Positions 59,829-64,000 of a stretch of DNA of 64,000 nucleotides are shown here, in pieces. The stretch spans positions 2,048,001-2,112,000 of the forward strand of contig CAXXDV010000001.1 in assembly GCA_963674745.2 (NCBI GenBank), written 5' to 3'. This DNA is from Desulfosudaceae bacterium (GTDB lineage: Bacteria > Desulfobacterota > Desulfobacteria > Desulfobacterales > Desulfosudaceae). Each line of letters starts with the position of its first letter. The stretch's first letter is position 1. The notes beneath the pieces were generated by a model, which saw nothing but the letters and a program-made list of their open reading frames with translations, was not told where the DNA came from and ran no database searches. The position numbers and the translations under genes are program-made.

Positions 59829-60281
59829 TTACTGTTCAGTTTTCTTCGAATGTTCCAAAACCCGAGTGCCCTGGCGATCCTCTTGCGCTGCCTGGTTAGT
59901 TTTCTTTTTATTTCTTATGGTTAGAATCATTTTATATAAATCCTCCATCTGCTCACCTGCCCATGGATACATACGATAATTTTTTGATCTGGGTAATATG
60001 CTATTGGCTATGTCGAAGCAATTGCAACTATCGATGTCAATTTGAAAATTCATTATGACCATTGATTTGGTTTTATTATCATAAATTTTGAGATCGGCCC
60101 ATGAACGGGGCCATTCACTGTTTCTCTCTACATAGAATGTTGTTTGTTTAATAACATCGGCAGTTTTATATTCTGGGTCGACGTTGAAAATTATTGCAGA
60201 AAAATGGCCAAACAAATAGGCAACAAAGATTGATAAAATCCATAAAACAAAAATCAAAATTTTTTTCTTTTTGCCTGTCAT
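59829..60281 (-). CDS. Hypothetical membrane-anchored protein (cassette); stop lies deep inside attC
   Basis: MTGKKKK plus TM segment. Confidence 0.7.
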   Translation of the reverse strand: MTGKKKKILIFVLWILSIFVAYLFGHFSAIIFNVDPEYKTADVIKQTTFYVERNSEWPRSWADLKIYDNKTKSMVIMNFQIDIDSCNCFDIANSILPRSKNYRMYPWAGEQMEDLYKMILTIRNKKKTNQAAQEDRQGTRVLEHSKKTEQ

Positions 60282-60407
60282 TTCGAGCTTGCTCTCATGA
60301 AAACTAACGTCTTCAGCCAAAGGGCGCCAGGGCTGTCTCTGACTGACTTAAAGTCTGTTGATGTTCAATTCAGCACGGCTGTTCAAAAGCCGAATGCCCT
60401 GGCGATC

Positions 60408-60896
60408 CTATTGCGCTGAATTGTTCGGTGCCTTAAGGGTTTCTATAGATTCCAGCAATTCTTTTATAAATTGATCAAAATTATTCTTGTTTGAGCCGTT
60501 ATTACCGATATTAAAAGCTATTAAACCATTATCCATTTTGAATTGATAGAATTCTATTTTCCCCCAATTGATAATTGCAAGGATTGCGCATAGTAGAGGT
60601 ATAAATAAGAAGAACATATGTGCTAAAAAGGGGAGCCCTCCGCCTTCAAAATAAAAAATAAGTTCGGCAAACAAAGCAATTGGTAAAGACCCAACAAATA
60701 TGCCTGCCGAATATTTAAAGGTTTCAGTTCTGATCCAAACCTTATCATATATGGGGTCAATCTTCTTGAGGTCTAATTTGGCTTCAGATTTTTCACCCCA
60801 AGATCGTTTGCTCTTAAAAATTAGAAAATCATCGTTTATTTCAAAGTCTCTAACAGTTCCATTGAAACGATGTGAGTATTTTTTGATTTTGTTCAT
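60408..60896 (-). CDS. Hypothetical 2-TM protein (cassette)
   Basis: Fills the cassette; ends ...PNNSAQ in attC. Confidence 0.72.
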   Translation of the reverse strand: MNKIKKYSHRFNGTVRDFEINDDFLIFKSKRSWGEKSEAKLDLKKIDPIYDKVWIRTETFKYSAGIFVGSLPIALFAELIFYFEGGGLPFLAHMFFLFIPLLCAILAIINWGKIEFYQFKMDNGLIAFNIGNNGSNKNNFDQFIKELLESIETLKAPNNSAQ

Positions 60897-61039
60897 AATA
60901 ATTGTGCACCGAACGTCCGCCACCACCGGCGAGCAGGGTTTGCGGACTTTTTAAGGGTTAGTTCAACACCACACTATGCTAAAAATAAGGCAGGCCGCCC
61001 CTGCGAGTCTGTGTGAGTGGCGTTGTTATGTGCCTCTAA

Positions 61040-61378
61040 TCATTCGTATTTCTTATATGCACGCCAATGTGTATCACAATTCAAGCATTTGCTATGGAAA
61101 ACGCCTAAATATCTCCAACTAAAACCGAACAATTCTCCACAGACAGGACAAGTACTGTATTTACTTGCAAGGCTGGAAATGAACAGCGCTACAAGATATG
61201 GCAAAAAAAATATAGCCATGATTATTCCAAAGTAGAATCCATTGAAAAGGATATCGCTAAATAATGCCACAATAATAAAATACGGGAATGTGCAACCAGC
61301 AAGAATCCAGTTGGTTTTTCTCGCAAGCCTAATTTTTCGTAGTTCCTTTGCAATTTTTCTATTGTCTTCTTCACCCAT
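61040..61378 (-). CDS. Hypothetical 2-TM protein with CxxC..CxxC (cassette)
   Basis: CPVCG...CLNC. Confidence 0.72.
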   Translation of the reverse strand: MGEEDNRKIAKELRKIRLARKTNWILAGCTFPYFIIVALFSDILFNGFYFGIIMAIFFLPYLVALFISSLASKYSTCPVCGELFGFSWRYLGVFHSKCLNCDTHWRAYKKYE

Positions 61379-61527
61379 TATTCTTTGGCACATAACGTCG
61401 GCCGCCAATGGGAGCCAGGGCTTCCACTTACTTGCCTTAAAGGTTATTAAAGTTCGTTTTTCCCCGAGTTTTCAAAAACCGAATGCCCTGGCTATCCTTT
61501 GCGCGGCCTGGTTAAGTGTCTTAAATA

Positions 61528-61848
61528 TTAATACAATTCGAATAAAACCAAACTGACAATAAATACGTGAACTATCCCAACGCCGAATACAGAATAAAGG
61601 CTGATCTTAAAATTATGTTGGCAAAGCATTCCACATAAAAAATAACAAAATGAAGAGACCAACCAAAAGGCCCAGAAAAATATTATATTATACAGGCGAT
61701 CTAAGGTTACGCCACGAGCACCATTTTCATAAAGTCCATAGTGTATGAGAAATTGTATACCTCCGACAATAATGCCTGAAGCCAACAAAAATAAACTGCA
61801 GGTGATTAATGCTCTTTTACAATATAGGGTTATTTTATCTCCAGCCAT
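61528..61848 (-). CDS. Hypothetical 3-TM protein (cassette)
   Basis: Fills the cassette. Confidence 0.68.
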   Translation of the reverse strand: MAGDKITLYCKRALITCSLFLLASGIIVGGIQFLIHYGLYENGARGVTLDRLYNIIFFWAFWLVSSFCYFLCGMLCQHNFKISLYSVFGVGIVHVFIVSLVLFELY

Positions 61849-61979
61849 TATTTTACACTTAACGCTCTGGTTCACCGGGCGGGCGGCGAACCACGAAAAC
61901 CGCCGAAAGGCGAAAAAGGTTGAAAAATAGCACCACTCAAAAGTGCGGCGCTGTAGCCCGATCCGTGTGCAACCAGTTG

Positions 61980-62426
61980 TTATCTTTTAATTTTATATGT
62001 TTGTAAAACATTTTTACATTCTAAAATTAAACCTGACAAATAGCTTTGGTCGATCTCGAATATAAATTCATGGTTTTGCAAAAGATGATCAGGCGTAAGG
62101 CTAACTTTCATTTCCATTTGACCAAGCTTATTTGCTTCTATACTCATGTACAATTCAGGTTCCATACATGAAAGCTCGGCTTTACCTGAAAGAGTTTGAT
62201 AAAGTTTTTCTGTAGATTCAAGCAATTGGTTTATTTCGGACAAATGGAGTATGTTGCCGGACACCCAAACATAAGATTGTTTTGACTCACATTTAGCCGT
62301 AATATTTACCCAATTCCCATCCCAAAAATCTTTTGAATCTGGAAACTGTCGTCTGTGTATCCATATTTCCAATCCAGCTATTTTAATGTCTGGTTTTTCT
62401 AAATCTTTTGGGAAATCTTTCATCAT
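61980..62426 (-). CDS. WapI-like immunity protein (cassette)
   Basis: D.WDGNW...EPEL...F.IDQSYL pattern recalled from WapI-like proteins; not verified by search. Confidence 0.6.
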   Translation of the reverse strand: MMKDFPKDLEKPDIKIAGLEIWIHRRQFPDSKDFWDGNWVNITAKCESKQSYVWVSGNILHLSEINQLLESTEKLYQTLSGKAELSCMEPELYMSIEANKLGQMEMKVSLTPDHLLQNHEFIFEIDQSYLSGLILECKNVLQTYKIKR

Positions 62427-62552
62427 ATTCTTAAAGATAACGTCCGCCACCACCGGCGCGCAGGGTTTGCGGACTTCGCTAAAGTAAGTTAAACACCAAA
62501 TTACGCCAAAACAAAGGCCGCCCGCCCCTGCGAGTCCGGGTGAGTGGCGTTG

Positions 62553-62843
62553 TTATATTCCAGTTTTTATTTTTATGAAAATAATTGCTGCCAGCAGCCC
62601 TATCATAGCACCAAAAATTATCGACAAATACCATTTTGAAATATTCGTGAATTTTATAATTAGTGCCGGAAAGATCGAAATCAGGATTATTTTGAATAGA
62701 CCTGAAATTAAATAAGGCCAATCCATAAAACCGTAATGCTTGAGCATAGTCAAAAAGAAAATGGAAAATAAACAAATTGTGCTTGCAAAATAAGCAAGTA
62801 ATGCTTGTTTTGAATGAGCTAAAAATTTGCTTTGATCATCCAT
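62553..62843 (-). CDS. Hypothetical 3-TM protein (cassette)
   Basis: Fills the cassette. Confidence 0.68.
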   Translation of the reverse strand: MDDQSKFLAHSKQALLAYFASTICLFSIFFLTMLKHYGFMDWPYLISGLFKIILISIFPALIIKFTNISKWYLSIIFGAMIGLLAAIIFIKIKTGI

Positions 62844-62988
62844 AAATTTTCTCTTGTGGAATATAACGTCCACGGTGTGAGGCCGCAAGGGGAACAGGCC
62901 ACCCGCAGAAAACTCGTTTATAAAAATAATTGGTAAGAGCCAAAACCGACCGCCCCTTGCGGTCCTTTACCAACGTGTTGTTATGCAA

Positions 62989-63279
62989 CTATCTATAATT
63001 TCGAATTTTTTTGCGTTGCGCTGTATATTTCCACCATTCCTTTGGTTCTCCACCATTCATAAAATCCGTTATAGAAAGAAAAACATCAATCACGCAGGGG
63101 TCATGCTTCTGACCAGTAACTCTACATAGATCATCATACATCGTATAAGCAGATTTACCCTTCAATTTTTCGGGCTTGTCTATATTTATTCGTTTTAAAT
63201 CCTTGGCGATAGCTTTTCCTATGTTTGGAAGATCTGTTAACTCGATGACATTGTCGCGTTTTACTTTGTTTGGATTCAT
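62989..63279 (-). CDS. Helix-hairpin-helix protein (Cdd1/mitomycin-resistance-like; cassette)
   Basis: LTDLPNIGKAIA.DL, HDPCVIDVF, WWK. Confidence 0.8.
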   Translation of the reverse strand: MNPNKVKRDNVIELTDLPNIGKAIAKDLKRINIDKPEKLKGKSAYTMYDDLCRVTGQKHDPCVIDVFLSITDFMNGGEPKEWWKYTAQRKKIRNYR

Positions 63280-63413
63280 ATGAAAAGTTGCATAACGCCC
63301 GCCACCACCGGCGAGCAGGGTTTGCGGACTTCTCTAAAGTGAGTTCAACTCCAAATTACGCCACAACAAAAGCCGCGCGTCCCTGCGAGTCCGTGTGGGT
63401 GGCGTTGTTATCT

Positions 63414-63653
63414 CTAAATGTTATGCTTTTTTTTAACTTCTGAGATTCTATCCCAAACTGCTTTTGAAACTGAATCTTGGGATACTTGATCGAAAATGTT
63501 ATTTAGTACCCGTTTTTCATCATCATCAATAATATTATCGGCCATTGCTAATCCAAGCAGATAATTGATTTCTCCAATATCCAGCGTACCATCATCAGTG
63601 AAACATTTAATAGAGTCGAGGGCAATTCTTAAATGACTTTCAAGTGGTGACAT
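63414..63653 (-). CDS. Small hypothetical protein with TerB/EF-hand-like acidic motifs (cassette)
   Basis: DDGTLDIGE, ADNIIDDDEK; start MSPLES after AGAAAGG. Confidence 0.65.
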   Translation of the reverse strand: MSPLESHLRIALDSIKCFTDDGTLDIGEINYLLGLAMADNIIDDDEKRVLNNIFDQVSQDSVSKAVWDRISEVKKKHNI

Positions 63654-64000
63654 TTGATTGTACCTTTCTCTCCAAGAGGGTTGTCGGTTAAAGCGCACTT
63701 AATATTATAAGAGAGATAACGTCTGCAGCCAAAGTAGCCAGGGCTTCCAGTGACTGACTTTAAGGTGGTTGATGTTCAATTTCCCCCGAATGTTCAAAAA
63801 CCGAATGCCCTGGCTATCATTTGGGCTGCTTGGTTAAGTGCCCGCATTATTCAGAAAGACTTTAACGACAGCATGGGCAAATAAAATAAAATGATATTTT
63901 TCTTTTTACGCCTTGTCCATCATGAACTTATGAATACGGGTAGGTCTCTTTTCATCCGGACAAATAAAGCCGCATTATCATTTGGCCGCGCCAGTTCGAA

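Larger units (their letters stand above)
51273..64000 (-). mobile_element. Integron gene-cassette array, distal end; intI/attI expected beyond the right edge
   Basis: Imperfect palindromes bounded by ..AAC/GTT.. between short AT-rich co-oriented ORFs. attC sites: 51273-51363, 52022-52147, 53225-54061 (intron-split), ~54516-54642, 57282-57409, 57788-57913, 58271-58396, 58674-58797, 59304-59432, 59773-59901, 60302-60429, 60908-61031, 61390-61517, 61857-61985, 62435-62558, 62861-62986, 63290-63413, 63714-63839. Each cassette's two ends are complementary (e.g. GTTGAGTGTA/TACACTCAAC). Confidence 0.95.

Noticed and set aside
57285..62888. N-terminal extensions MAEDV/MAAAV/MVADV/MEALA on cassette ORFs in the track
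   Set aside because: These start at TTG/GTG codons inside attC arms; treated as artefacts and starts moved into the cassettes.
51273..64000. CRISPR array or tandem repeat interpretation of the recurring ~125-bp repeats
   Set aside because: Repeats are long, divergent, bounded by AAC/GTT boxes and separated by whole ORFs: attC sites, not CRISPR. No cas genes are present.

Overview
Bacterial chromosomal segment with gene content typical of a sulfate-reducing deltaproteobacterium (Desulfobacterales-like; this assignment is inference). 1-51 kb is mostly housekeeping and metabolic: thiolase, LysE, nitroreductase, enoyl-CoA hydratase, a HesB-like selenoprotein with in-frame UGA and SECIS-like hairpin, macro domain, ndk, trmJ, a two-component cluster, diguanylate cyclase, mpl, glycosyl/methyltransferases, 4-hydroxybutyryl-CoA dehydratase, ftsK, RNase J, pheA, nadK. 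It also holds a TPAT-type TRAP transporter (TatT-DctQ-DctM) followed by six tandem, N-terminally extended substrate-binding paralogs plus a decayed seventh. From 51.27 kb to the right edge lies the distal end of an AT-rich integron cassette array (minus orientation, 18 resident attC sites, intI not in window) with MazEF and HicAB cassettes, a duplicated cassette and a repeated, apparently non-coding cassette. Two elements sit inverted in the R'' box of neighbouring attC sites. One is a 710-nt ORF-less group IIC-attC intron. The other is a 2.3-kb element built like a cassette (own short attC) that encodes a tyrosine recombinase, whose catalytic half lies behind an A_AAA_AAG -1 slippery site, plus an IS91-type HUH/Y2 transposase. 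That element is the best candidate for an undescribed system: a self-mobilising integron cassette.
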